Shown here piece after piece: positions 10,146-22,800 of a DNA stretch of 64,000 bases (positions are counted from its first letter, which is position 1; every line of letters begins with the position of its first letter). The DNA comes from Neoechinorhynchus agilis. Taxonomy: Eukaryota; Animalia; Acanthocephala. A program made the translations under genes and the position numbers. The notes under the pieces were generated by a model that had not been told where the DNA came from, ran no database searches, and was given only the letters and a program-made list of their open reading frames with translations. The stretch covers positions 13,060,784 to 13,124,783 of the forward strand of contig CM121341.1 of NCBI GenBank assembly GCA_051530055.1, given 5' to 3'.

Positions 10146-11430
10146 TTATATCGGTTTGCTGGTGTAGGAAAGGCTTGTCGGACACCCTCGTGTCTTTGTT
10201 ACATAATGTGGATAGAATGCCGGCGGAGTACCGTAACGCGCAGATGTGAGATCGACTACTAGAAGACCACAATGATGAATAAACACCCCGCGGTGAAATG
10301 TGGACTTGATCGCTGCAAACAATCGAGCCAAATCGAGTTCACCACATCTTCTTTTACCCTCTCGAATGTCTAGCAGATAAACGCACACACACATTCCGAT
10401 TTCATTGTTGTGTGATTGGGAGACACCTGACAGCGGGTTTGAGGGAACGACCTTGTCGATGCGTCTATGCGATGTGGAATTGTATCGCTGGAGTGCACTC
10501 GGGCGCGAAGATCATGGCATTAGATCGGTGTCCTTGGTGATGTTGCCATAATACATCCCTATCCTAACGGTCTTTTTAGTTTCAAACCTACATTCAATTG
10601 AGTTTTGTTATCTGAATACAGCTTCACTTTTTGAAAGAAAATAGTTCTCGGTGCAACGAATGATGCTCTCAAACGTGTTCGTTTTTTTCTTTCAAATTTG
10701 AACTTTTGAACCTTACTTTAAACGACCCACGGAAAGTATATTTGTATCCAATTCTTTTTGAAACGAAATGAACGTTCAACCAGATACAATAATGAATTTT
10801 ATGTTTTGCAACAAAAATATCGCAACTGAAATTGTTGTGCTCTTCGCAGTCACAAGTCAGTTGCTTATTTTTTCCTTTTAGTGTCCGGCAAAATTTATAT
10901 AACGCCTTTGGGTATTTGTAGACTGTCGGTCATGAATTTTTGCACAATTCGCTTTTCCTTTCGACCACTAAGGTTTTACATTTTTTCTACATGTAATAGT
11001 CGATCAATCTTCTAATAAAATCTGCCCTTATCTTTATTGAAGGTTTAAAGATTCATGTCCCAGTGCACTTTGAAATCTCAAGTTCCCTTTGCCAAAAAAC
11101 CGTTTCGAACTTCAATCTAACCAGACATTCTTAAGACAAAATCATTTAGGAAATTGTCAACTGATAGACTTAACGATTATCATTAATATTCGCATTAGTG
11201 AATTATACGTTTAGTTACTTTCAGACGTATGAATTCCGCTTTTGAAAGGCCACTTTTCATCCAAGACGTTTTAAGGAACAGTCTACTATCAATAAAGTCA
11301 ACTTTTCACAGTGCACGCCCATCTAGTCCCAATCTGCGAAATCTCGAATTTCTTCTTTCGAACATTCATTTGCTAGATTTGAGTTTGACAAAAGCAGTTT
11401 CAACTGTGTCAGATACTTGAATTCTTAAAT

Positions 11431-11529
11431 ATTTTCACTGGCAAGCCGGTTCTATTGATTTATTACATCCCTTCCTCGGCTAGATGCATGTGGGTAAAGA
11501 GTTTGTACATCCCCCGGATTCTTAGAACC
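11431..11529 (-). mobile_element. Diverged tail-only fragment of the tRNA/hammerhead SINE family (copy D)
   Basis: Minus strand TTCTAAGAATCCGGGGGATGTACAAACTCTTTACC...AGCCGAGGAAGGGA...ACCGGCTTGCCAGTGAAAA matches the post-cleavage segment and the terminal CCGGCTTGCCAGT motif. Confidence 0.65.
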
Positions 11530-11978
11530 CTTCATAACACGTGATTCAGAGTCGAAGTGATTCAATTACTTCTCTGATCTAAGAGATCGGTGTGGCTTCA
11601 TGCCAAGAAGGAAAACCAAAAAATGAGGAAGGGATATCCTAAATCAGTATGTCAGATAGGACTCCCCACTCCGCGCTCTAAATCTCTCAGATGATAACGG
11701 TTGATAGATTACTGCACCTTTCTAAACTTGACCGTTCACTGGGCATACCAAGTCTTTAATACGAAACGGACGTCCGTTTGGAGATAATCCAGATAGCATT
11801 ACACCACAGTGTGAAGGTCAAAACACGTCAACGTTGACATTATTGGATTTATGAAATCTCCTGCAATGGAAGAGTTAAGTTCGTTAGTGAAGTTTGATGC
11901 TTTTGTAGAGGAAAACTAGCATTCCTTTAAATAGAGCATGAACTTTCGGAAGTGAAAATCAAACCAGCACATTTTTTT

Positions 11979-12059
11979 ATTCCGATATTTCGGCACAATC
12001 TTGTGCCTTTATCAAGGGTGTAAATAAATCGAATCGACAATGTGCCGAACTATCGGAAT
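11979..12059. repeat. Short fold-back (MITE-like) repeat, family shared with 12334-12502 and 63781-63910
   Basis: ATTCCGATATTTCGGCACA ... TGTGCCGAACTATCGGAAT inverted arms; internal CACAATCTTGTGCCTTTATCAAG is shared by all three loci. Confidence 0.65.
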
Positions 12060-12333
12060 CAATAAATTCTTTTAATTTTTCCACCATATAAAAACGTGAA
12101 CAATTCAATCTTCAGAGACAATCGTAATTGTGTATGTATTTGTGCTTTATTTCATTCTGTTTAAATCACCAAAAATTCACTGAGATAAAATCCAATTGCA
12201 AAAAAATTAATGACGAGCGACTTTATTGAGATGAGCCTCCATTTCCTCCTTTCAAAAAATACTTAATTGTTGCTTGCATTGAAATCAAAAAGGTGTTTTT
12301 CCATTGTGCAATATAGCATTCAATACTTTAATT

Positions 12334-12502
12334 GCGGAGAAATTAAACTGATTTTATTTTAAAATCCGATATTTCGGCACAATCTTGAGCCTTTATCAAC
12401 ATAACTTACACGTTTTTGCAACAACTTACAAGCAACCTTGATAAAAACACAAAATTGGTCCGAAATATCGAGTTTAAAATAAAATCATTTAAATTTCTCC
12501 GC
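12334..12502. mobile_element. Fold-back MITE-like element with ~43-bp imperfect terminal inverted repeats
   Basis: GCGGAGAAATTAAACTGATTTTATTTTAAAATCCGATATTTCGG pairs with the reverse complement of CCGAAATATCGAGTTTAAAATAAAATCATTTAAATTTCTCCGC. Confidence 0.7.
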
Positions 12503-12725
12503 CAGAAAACAATCTATATGAACAATTCAATCTTCAAACACTTTAATTGCGAACAACGGTACGGGTGTAGTTGTAAATTTAATTTGTAAGGCTTCCTTAA
12601 ATTGTTAAAAATTTGACTGAAATAAATCCCGGTAGATAATCGCTTTTTGCCATCAAAAAACAAAGACATGATCAACAGCGTTTCGAGAACTATATTTTTA
12701 TTAGACCGATGATTTGTTTCTATGA

Positions 12726-13283
12726 TCAGTCTACAATGACTACACGCACTTCCTCTTTTTCTTGAATATCATCATCATCTTCGACTAATTCCTCTAGGCT
12801 TTCCTTTTGTTGTCGAATCCATTGGCCGAAAAGAAATGCTCCAGCTTCGGCATAGTGCAAAACGGTAGTGGCAAAGACGCACATAGTGACCTTTCCTCGG
12901 TTCAAGTTTGAGGACCACATCCACATCATCATTGCGGCTTCGAATGTGAGTGTCGAAGCGCAGATCGCATAAGCTGTGGCCGGGATTTTTTTATAGCATA
13001 AATAAGGCGCGATTGAAAAGATAGCGGATAGATAGATAAGATATCCAGGAATGAAGTAATTCGAAATAAAGAATACTTTATCTTCTTGAGTTACTATAGA
13101 GTCGCTTGTTGAACGCATGTACTCACAAAGAGGTTTGAGCAAGAAAACGAGCCAAATACAATTGAACATAATTCTAATTGGAGCCAGTGTCAAGTGCAAC
13201 GGCCGAAGTACTCGATAAGAGTGCTGCTGAAATGCATTTAGAATCTTCGAAATGGCCAGAGTAACTTTTGATAGATGAGCCAT
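12726..13283 (-). CDS. Hypothetical multi-pass membrane protein, 185 aa, acidic C-terminal tail
   Basis: Clean ORF with about four hydrophobic stretches and an EELVEDDDDIQEKEE tail in otherwise AT-rich non-coding DNA; acceptor-like TTCTCCAAG 12 nt upstream of the ATG. No family recognised. Confidence 0.6.
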   Translation of the reverse strand: MAHLSKVTLAISKILNAFQQHSYRVLRPLHLTLAPIRIMFNCIWLVFLLKPLCEYMRSTSDSIVTQEDKVFFISNYFIPGYLIYLSAIFSIAPYLCYKKIPATAYAICASTLTFEAAMMMWMWSSNLNRGKVTMCVFATTVLHYAEAGAFLFGQWIRQQKESLEELVEDDDDIQEKEEVRVVIVD

Positions 13284-14349
13284 ATCGAGTGTTGTCTTGG
13301 AGAAAGGTTAAGGTATGTTTAAACTTTCATAGGTATAAGGAGTTGACATTTGTGAGTCATCGGGTCGAAAGTTGATCTTGTCTAACACGTAACAAATAGG
13401 CTCACAAATAGAAAAGTGAATGTTGTATGAGCGTTTATGAGATTGTCTTTAAGATCATATTTTTCAAAGCAACTTTTACGATCTTATGGAGTATTCGAAA
13501 CCGTATAATGTAAAATAAAAGCAAGAGAATATTTTAATGCGCGTTATGATACTATAAAAGATCGCTTAAGTTAATTCATCTTATTGATTATCCGTGTATT
13601 GCTTAAGAGACCGTGCAATCAAAGCAAATTTTAAAACGCGTCTAAATTTCTTACGTTAAACGGGTTAAAATGACTGAAAAAACAGGTCCGTTTGTAACCA
13701 ATTCGCATTAATTTCCATTCGATTATATCAAAAAGATTGCGTAACCTGTTGATTAATTGTTATAGGCCGATAAATTCGAGTAATATCGACTGAAACAGAT
13801 GGAATTGTTTTATTTTCTTTGGTGATTTAGAGATTAATTTATTATTGCCCTTTCGCCGTATTTCGTTGGGTGTTTTTATAAGAAAAAAGTTTCGTTTGCG
13901 TTAGAGACCGCTCAATGTTTAAGAATAACTCAGAATTTGAGTAATTTATGTTAGGATATACAGCATAGTCGTTGAGTCCCAACTATTTTTTAGCCGCTTC
14001 TGGTCATTATAGATATAGTGAGATTTTTAGAAAACATTATGGGTTTAAAGTTGCCACTAAGGATCCACAGACTGCGAATGTTTGATGAACTTTAATCTAT
14101 ATTATCAATGTTATGACGTAAGCAATGTTCACAAGTTAGCAACTACGTCCAACTTTATTTCAGGATTTAGAAAATATAATTTTGTCTAATCATTTAAACT
14201 TTAGAGTTTCAGGCAATGATGCAAATGTGCACTTACAAAAAAAGAGTGGTGCGATATTTTTGAATACTTTTGAACAAATTTCTAACAATAATAACACGTT
14301 AGTTAGTTAAAATACAATGCCACTTGAGTTCTGGTGGGATAAATAAATG

Positions 14350-14470
14350 TGACTATTGATTTTGGGGTGGATTACGGGTTCGTTCGGTGGGAATATTCGG
14401 TCGGGGAGGGAGTGTCCGTTCGGGCGAGGATTGGCGGTTAGTGTTTACAGGAAAGCTTGTGAGGTTGAGA
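14350..14470 (-). repeat. Diverged copy of the 6765-6850 repeat segment
   Basis: Minus strand TCCTGTAAACACTAACC...TTCCCACCGAACGAACCCGTAATCCACCCCAAAATCA aligns with TCCTGAAAACAATAACC...TTCCCACCCGACCGAACTCGTAATTTACTCCAAAATCA. Confidence 0.55.
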
Positions 14471-15030
14471 CTTTCCTCAGGTTCAATCGAGATTGAAAAG
14501 GGCTGCTAATCTCAAAAAATGCAATATATAAACTATGATTCAACTTTTTCATATTAAAGAAATAATTAAATTCCCAGTAAACAGCTATAATCAATTTAAA
14601 AATATCAGACTGTTCAAGCATTAACGTAAAAAATCAAATTACATGTTTGTATCAAAAACACGTTTTTATTACGGATAGTTCAAAAGAGAAAAATTGTCTT
14701 CGTGTTTCTTAAAATTAATGATAATCAGCATTGCTGTGATGCGATCAACAAAGCAAGGTTTTTCTTGGAAATAAAATTTTAAAGTAACACGAATTGTGGA
14801 TATAACAGCAGCTTTCATAAACTTACATCTCAGTAGATCCTTCTCGATTGCACTGGAAATTAAATAGCAGAATTGGTTCGAATTTATCAAAACATGGAGT
14901 TAGTACTACTATAAATCACTGTGACCGTTTTTTGAATACAACTGAAACTAATGGACAAAATGTCAGCTTACTGAAATAAAGCTATATCTTCGGCATTTAA
15001 TGCTAGTGAAGAGTTTACTTCGGAACAACA

Positions 15031-16583
15031 TCACATATAAAGACTTTCTGGCGCACCTTGATTCTTCCTATATAGCACGGTATCCTTTGCTTTCTTAAAG
15101 TCATCGATCAATACTTTCATTCTACGCTCCCTTAAGGCAAGTAAACCAGCTTCGGTGCAAATCGCTTTTATATCAGCTCCTGATAAATCATCTTTGCTCA
15201 TTACAAATTCCTCTAGATCTACACCTTGCCCGAGAGTCATTCGACCGGTGTGAATCTTAAAAATCATTCGTTTTGTCTTTTCGTCAGGAAGAGGAAATTC
15301 GATTTTTCTATCAATGCGTCCGGGTCTAATAAGCGCAGGATCCAAACTTTCAATCCTGTTAGTGGCCATGATCACTTTAATGTCGCCTCTTGAATCGAAC
15401 CCATCCAATTGATTAAGAAGTTCGAGCATTGTACGTTGAATTTCCCTCTCACCACCACTATTGGACTCATATCGTTTTGTTCCAATCGCGTCGATTTCAT
15501 CGATGAACACTATCGATGGGGCATATTCCTCAGCAACACGAAACAATTCCCGTACCAACTTGGGACCATCTCCCAAGTATTTTTGAATCAATTCCGATCC
15601 GACCACTCGTAGAAATGTAGCCGATGTTTGATTTGCTACTGCCTTTGCTAGCAAAGTCTTTCCCGTCCCTGGTGCACCGTACAGAATAACTCCTTTAGGT
15701 GGACGAATACCCATTTCGTCGTAATACTCAGGATGAGTGAGAGGAAGTTCAACTGATTCCTGGATAAATAAGAAACGTTAGTTTTTTTCCATTAACAAAA
15801 CATCCAGCCAATAAGCTTTCTAAGCAATCAACGATTTTTGTGCGAAAATCGAAAACACAACTAAGCTATTTCTATTAGTTAACAATACACCAAAATATAA
15901 ACTAGTACTAAGAAATTCAATGCCCGTCAACCCCAAAGTACTTTGATTTCTTGAATTTGAGAGTCCAATCCTCCAATGTCCGCATAAGTCTCCTTTGGAG
16001 CTTTTTCAAGTTTCATGACAGTGACCATTGGATCGGTATCGTCAGTCAGAATTCCAACAACTGAATGCACCTATGCGGAAAGGAAGAAAATAGTAGCTTT
16101 AGTAGTAAGGTTCACCTTATGATTTAACAATACAGTGCATCCAGGTTCCAATTGGTCCTTATCGACAAAACTCATGATGTTCACATAATGCTCAGAACCA
16201 ACTGAAGTGGAAACGATCGCATGATTATCGTCAATAATCTCCTCGAGAGATCCAACCGACATTGGACTACCACGGATATCGTCAACACGGTTGCGTTCGG
16301 CTTCACGTTGATCATCGTTGCTAGGTCTCAGACGTTCATACGTGTGAAGGAGTTCCTCTTCAAGGCTAAGGAAATCGCGGATCCGTATGTTTCTCAGGAG
16401 TTTGAGGCGGCATCTGATGTGAGGGAGAACTTGGGGAAGCTTACTAGCGGCATCCGGACCTCGATTGCGTCTTCGCTTTTTCCCAATGTGACTTGGTACA
16501 GGAGGCTCGTATTTCCTCTTCTCGTCCTTACCATCCTCATTGGTGTCCTTTTCCTGCCTCTTTATAAACAACAAGTCTCCCAT
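15031..16583 (-). CDS. PSMC1: 26S proteasome AAA-ATPase Rpt2; exons 16583-16116, 16070-15942, 15759-15031 (441 aa)
   Basis: [25 protein letters not shown], Walker A GAPGTGKT, Walker [26 protein letters not shown] and C-terminal ESLYM (HbYX). Both introns are GT-AG, phase 0 (45 and 182 nt), and the frame is continuous. Confidence 0.97.
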
Positions 16584-16820
16584 CTTAAACGAGTTCCCAA
16601 TCAAGACTCTTACAAGCAAAAGAAAGCTAAAAACAAAACTCATACAACCAATAAATACTTTGAAAGAAGATCGCTAAGGAAAACCATATCAATTTCAAAA
16701 GAGTGCAACATCTCAGAAAGACCTTTTATTCCAAGGTCAAGGACTAAATTCTAGAATGGCGACGTCAATGAAATTGGGCCGAAAATGATCTTCAAACGTC
16801 CTTTGGAAATAGGGGTTTGT

Positions 16821-19800
16821 TTAATCTAACGAAGAGCCAGAGATTTTTCATAGTCGTCAATATATCTATGGTGGGGAAGATCATTCGTACATCAAATCAT
16901 TCGTAACGACCTGAGTATTTTTGTAGTAGAACAAGAATCCACAACTTGACCACTATAATATATTTTAAATGATTTACCTTTATCAAAAAGGAGTAAAAAT
17001 TCACTACAACTCGCGTCGTTTTGGTAGTGAAACGTTCAATGTAACGAAAAAACCAGAGATTTTTCTCAGTCGTCACTTTATCGCCCACAAATTCGCTTCA
17101 AATTGAATCGACGGCGGTCGAAATCGTGACGTCGCGAATGCAAACTTATACATCAAATCATTCGTTACGAACCGAATAGTTTATTGGTGGAACAAGAATC
17201 CACAATTTGACCACTATAATATATTTTAAATGTTTGTACTTTTGTTAAAAAGGAGTAAAAATTCACTCAAACCCGCGTCTTTTTGGTAGTTAAACGTTCA
17301 ATGTAGCAAAAAAACTAGGGTTTTTACATAGTTGTCACTTTAGCGCCCACAAATTCGCTTCAAATTGAATCGACGGCGGTCGGAATCGTGAAGTCGCGAA
17401 AGCACACTTCTGCATCAAATCATTCGTTTCGACCTGAATAGTTTATTAGTAGAACAAAAATCCACAATTTGACCACTATAATATATTTTAAATGTTTGTA
17501 CTTTTATTAAAAAGATGTAAAAATTCACTCAAACCCGCGTCGTTTTGATAGTGAAACGTTCAATGTAACGAAAAAAGGAGAGATTTTTCATAGTCGTCAC
17601 TTTATCGCCCACAAATTCGCTTCAAATTGATTCGACGGCCATCGAAATCGTGACGTCGCGAATGCAAACTTATACATCAAATCATTCGTTTGGATCTGAA
17701 TAGTTTATTAGTGGAACAAGAATCCACAATTTGACCACTATAATATATTTTAAATGTTTGTACTTTTGTTAAAAAGGAGTAAAAATTCACTCAAACCCGC
17801 GTCTTTTTGGTAGTTAAACGTTCAATGTAGCAAAAAAACTAGGGTTTTTACATAGTTGTCACTTTAGCGCCCACAAATTCGCTTCAAATTGAATCGACGG
17901 CGGTCGGAATCGTGAAGTCGCGAAAGCACACTTCTGCATCAAATCATTCGTTTCGACCTGAATAGTTTATTAGTAGAACAAAAATCCACAATTTGACCAC
18001 TATAATATATTTTAAATGTTTGTACTTTTATTAAAAAGGAGTAAAAATTCACTCAAACCAGCGTCGTTTTTGTTGTGAAACGTTCAATTTAACGAAAAAA
18101 ATAGAGATTTTTCAGTCGTAACTTTATCGCCCATAAATTCGCTTCAAATTGAATCGACGGCGATCGAAATCGTGACGTCGCGAAAGCAAACTTATACATC
18201 AAATCATTCGTTTGGATCTGAATCGTTTATTAGCAGAACAAGAATCCACAATTTGATCACTATAATATATTTTAAATGTTTTTACTTTTATTAAAAAGGA
18301 GAATAAATTCAGTCAAACCAGCGTCGTTTTGGTAGCGAAACGTTCAATGTTGCGAAAAAACTAGAGATTTTTCATAGTCGTCACTTTATCACCCACAAAT
18401 TCGCTTCAAATTAAATCGACGGCGGCCGAAATCGTGACGTCGCGAAAGCAAACTTATGCATCAAATCATTCGTTTCGACCCGAATGGTTTATTAGTAGAG
18501 CAAGAATCCACAATTTGACCACTGGAATGTATTTTAAATCTTTGTACTTTTATTAAGAAGATGTAAAAATTCACTCAAACCCGCGTCGTTTTGGTAGTGA
18601 AACGTTCAATGTAACGAAAAAACGAGAGATTTTTCATAGTCGTCACTTTATCGCCCACAAATTCGCTTCAAATTGATTCGAAGGCCATCGAAATCGTGAC
18701 GTCGCGAATGCAAACTTATACATCAAATCATTCATTTGGATCTGAATCGTTTATTAGCAGAACAAGAATCCACAATTTGATCACTATAATATATTTTAAA
18801 TGTTTTTACTTTTATTAAAAAGGAGAATAAATTCAGTCAAACCAGCGTCGTTTTGGTAGCGAAACGTTCAATGTTGCGAAAAAACTAGAGATTTTTCATA
18901 GTCGTCACTTTATCGCCGACAAATTCGCTTCAAATTGAATGGACGGCGGTCGAAATCGTGACGTTGTGAATGCACACTTATACATCAAATCATTCGTTTC
19001 GACCTGAATAGTTTATTAGTAGAACAAGAATCCACAATTTGATCCCTATAATATATTTTAAATGTTTGTACTTTTATTAAAAAGGAGTAAAAATTCACTC
19101 AAACCAGCGTCGTTTTTGTAGTAAAACGTTCAATTTAACGAAAAAAATAGAGATTTTTCAGTCGTAACTTTATCGCCCACAAATTCGCTTCAAATTGAAT
19201 CGACGGCGATCGAAATCGTGACGTCGCGAAAGCAAACTTATACATCAAATCATTCGTTTGGATCTGAATCGTTTATTAGCAGAACAAGAATCCACAATTT
19301 GATCACTATAATATATTTTAAATAATTGTACTTTTATTAAAAAGAAGTAAAAATTCACTCAAACCCGCGTCGTTTTGATAGTGAAACGTTCAATGTAACG
19401 AAAAAAGGAGAGATGTTTCATATCGTCACTTTATCGCCCACAAATTCGCTTCAAATTGATTCGACGGCCATCGAAATCGTGACGTCGCGAATGCAAACTT
19501 ATACATCAAATCATTCGTTTGGATCTGAATCGTTTATTAGCAGAACAAGAATCCACAATTTGATCACTATAATATATTTTAAATGTTTTTACTTTTATTA
19601 AAAAGGAGAACAAATTCAGTCAAACCAGCGTCGTTTTGGTAGCGAAATGTTCAATGTAGCGAAAAAACTAGAGATTTTTCATAGTTGTCACTTTAGCGCC
19701 CACAAATTCGCTTCAAATTGAATCGACGGCGGTCGAAATCGTTACGTCGCGAATGCAAACTTATACATCAAATCATTCGTTTCGACCAGAATAGTTTATT

Positions 19801-22800
19801 GGTGGAACAAGAATCCACAATTTGACCACTATAATATATTTTAAATATTTGTACTTTTGTTAAAAAGGAGTAAAAATTCACTCAAACCCGCGTCGTTTCG
19901 ATAATGAAACGTTCAATGTAACGAAAAAACCAGAGATTTTTCATAGTCGTCACTTTATCGCCCACAAATTCGCTTCAAATTGAATCGACGGCGGTCGAAA
20001 TCGTGACGTCGCGAATGCAAACTTATGCATCAAATCATTCGTTTCGACCAGAATAGTTTATTGGTGGAACAAGAATCCACAATTTGACCACTATAATATA
20101 TTTTAAATAATTGTACTTTTATTAAAAGGAAGTAAAAATTCACTCAAACCCGCGTCTTTTTGGTAGTTAAACGTTCAATGTAGCGAAAAAACTAGAGATT
20201 TTTCATAGTTGTCACTTTAGCGCCCACAAATTCACTTCAAATTGAATCGACGGCGGTCGAAATCGTGACGTCGCGAAAGCAAACTTATGCATCAAATCAT
20301 TCGTTTCGACCCGAATGGTTTATTAGTAGAACAAGAATCCACAATTTGACCACTATAATATATTTTAAATGTTTGTACTTTTATTAAAAAGAAGTAAAAA
20401 TTCACTATAACCCGCGTCGTTTTGGTAGTGAAACGTTCAATGTAACGAAAAAACTAGAGATTTTTCATAGTGGTCACTTTATCGCCCACAAATTCGCTTC
20501 AAATTGAATCGACGGCGGTCGAAATCGTGACGTCGGGAATGCAAACTTATACATCAAATCATTCGTTTCGACCCGAATAGTTTATTGGTGGAACAAGAAT
20601 CCACGATTTGACCACTATAATATATTTTAAATGTTTGTACTTTTGTTAAAAAGGAGTAAAAATTCACTCAAACCCGCGTCTTTTTGGTTGTTAAACGTTC
20701 AATGTAGCGAAAAAACTAGAGATTTTTCATAGTTGTCACTTTAGCGCCCACAAATTCGCTTCAAATTGAATCGACGGCGGTCGAAATCGTGACGTCGCGC
20801 ATGCAAACTTATACATCAAATCATTCGTTTCGACATGAATAGTTTATTAGTAGAACAAGAATCCACAATTTGACCACAATAATATATTTTAAATGTTTGT
20901 ACTTTTGTTAAAAAGGAGTAAAAATTCACTCAAACCCGCGTCTTTTTGGTAGTTAAACGTTCAATGTTGCGAAAAAACTAGAGATTTTTCATAGTCGTCA
21001 CTTTATCACCCACAAATTCGCTTCAAATTAAATCGACGGCGGCCGAAATCGAGACGTCGCGAAAGCAAACTTATGCATCAAATCATTCGTTTCGACCTGA
21101 ATGGTTTATTAGTAGAACAAGAATCCACAATTTGACCACTATAATATATTTTAAATGTTTGTACTTTTGTTAAAAAGGAGTAAAAATTCACTCAAACCCG
21201 CGTCTTTTTGGTAGTTAAACGTTCAATGTTGCGAAAAAACTAGAGATTTTTCATAGTCGTCACTTTATCACCCACAAATTCGCTTCAAATTAAATCGACG
21301 GCGGCCGAAATCGAGACGTCGCGAAAGCAAACTTATGCATCAAATCATTCGTTTCGACCTGAATGGTTTATTAGTAGAACAAGAATCCACAATTTGACCA
21401 CTGGAATGTATTTTAAATCTTTGTACTTTTATTAAAAAGAAGTAAAAATTAACTCAAACCCGCGTCGTTTTGGTAGTGAAACGTTCAATGTAACGAAAAA
21501 ACGAGATTTTTCATAGTCGTCACTTTATCGCCCACAAATTCGCTTCAAATTGAATCGACGGCGGTCGAAATCGTGACGTCGGGAATGCAAACTTATACAT
21601 CAAATCATTCGTTTCGACCAGAATAGTTTATTGGTGGAACAAGAATCCACAATTTGACCACTATAAAATATTTTAAATGTTTGTACTTTTTTTAAAAAGG
21701 CGTAAAAATTCACTTAAACCCGAGTCTTTTTAGTAGTTAAACGTTCAATGTTGCGAAAAAAATAGAGATTTTTCATAGTCGTCACTTTATCACCCACAAA
21801 TTCGCTTCAAATTGAATCGATGGCGGTCGAAATCGTGACGTCGCGAATGCAAACTTATACATCAAATCATTCGTTTCGACCTGAATGGTTTATTAGTAGA
21901 ACAAGAATCCACAATTTGACCACTATAATATATTTTAAATGTTTGTACTTTTGTTAAAAAGGAGTAAACTCAAACCCGAGTCTTTTTGGTAGTTAAGCGT
22001 TCAATGTTGCGAAAAAACTAGAGATTTTTCATAGTCGTCACTTTATCACCCACAAATTCGCTTCAAATTAAATCGACGGCGGCCGAAATCGTGACGTAGC
22101 AAAAGCAAACTTATGCATCAAATCATTCGTTTCGACCTGAATGGTTTATTAGTAGAACAAGAATCCACAATTTGACCACTGTAATGTATTTTAAATGTTT
22201 GTACTTTTATTAAAAAGAAGTAAAAATTCACTCAATCCCGCGTCGTTTTGGTAGTGAAACGTTCAATGTAACGAAAAAACTAGAGATTTTTCATAGTCGT
22301 CGCTTTATCACCCACAAATTCGCTTCAAATTGATTCGACGGCGATCGAAATCGTGACGTCGCGAATGCAAACTTATACATCAAATCATTCGTTTGGATCT
22401 GAATAGTTTATTAGTGGAACAAGAATCCACAATTTGACCACTATGATATATTTTAAATGTTTGTACTTTTGTTAAAAAGGAGTAAAAATTCACTCAAACC
22501 CGCGTCTTTTTTGTAGTTAAACGTTCAATGTAGCGAAAAACTAGGGATTTTTCATAGTTGTCACTTTAGCGCCCACAAATTCGCTTCAAATTGAATCGAC
22601 GGCGGTCGAAATCGTGACGTCGCGAATGCAAACTTATACATCAAATCATTCGTTTCGACCTTAATAGTTTATTAGTAGAACAAGAATCCACAATTTGACC
22701 ACTATAATATATTTTAAATGTTTGTACTTTTGTTAAAAAGGAGTAAAAATTCACTAAAACCCGCGTCGTTTTGGTAGTGAAACGTTCAATGTAACGAAAA

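Noticed and set aside
11760-11940. Minus-strand IAGDFINP, suggesting a LINE endonuclease remnant
   Set aside because: A single short motif among stops and frameshifts; not enough to call.
13200-13260. Peptide resemblance KILNAFQQHSYRV (ORF 12726-13283) to KILLNAFRQHSSYV (retrotransposon ORF 61637-61942)
   Set aside because: The match is only ~15 residues, needs gaps and does not extend; it is most likely coincidence.
16221-16754. 177-aa plus-strand ORF, and ORFs 15409-15612, 55818-56051, 55982-56206, 57767-57958, 6970-7155, 8230-8454, 3266-3454, 3948-4175
   Set aside because: Antisense shadows of well-supported genes (PSMC1, NOP14, SF3B6, MRPL43, UTP4).
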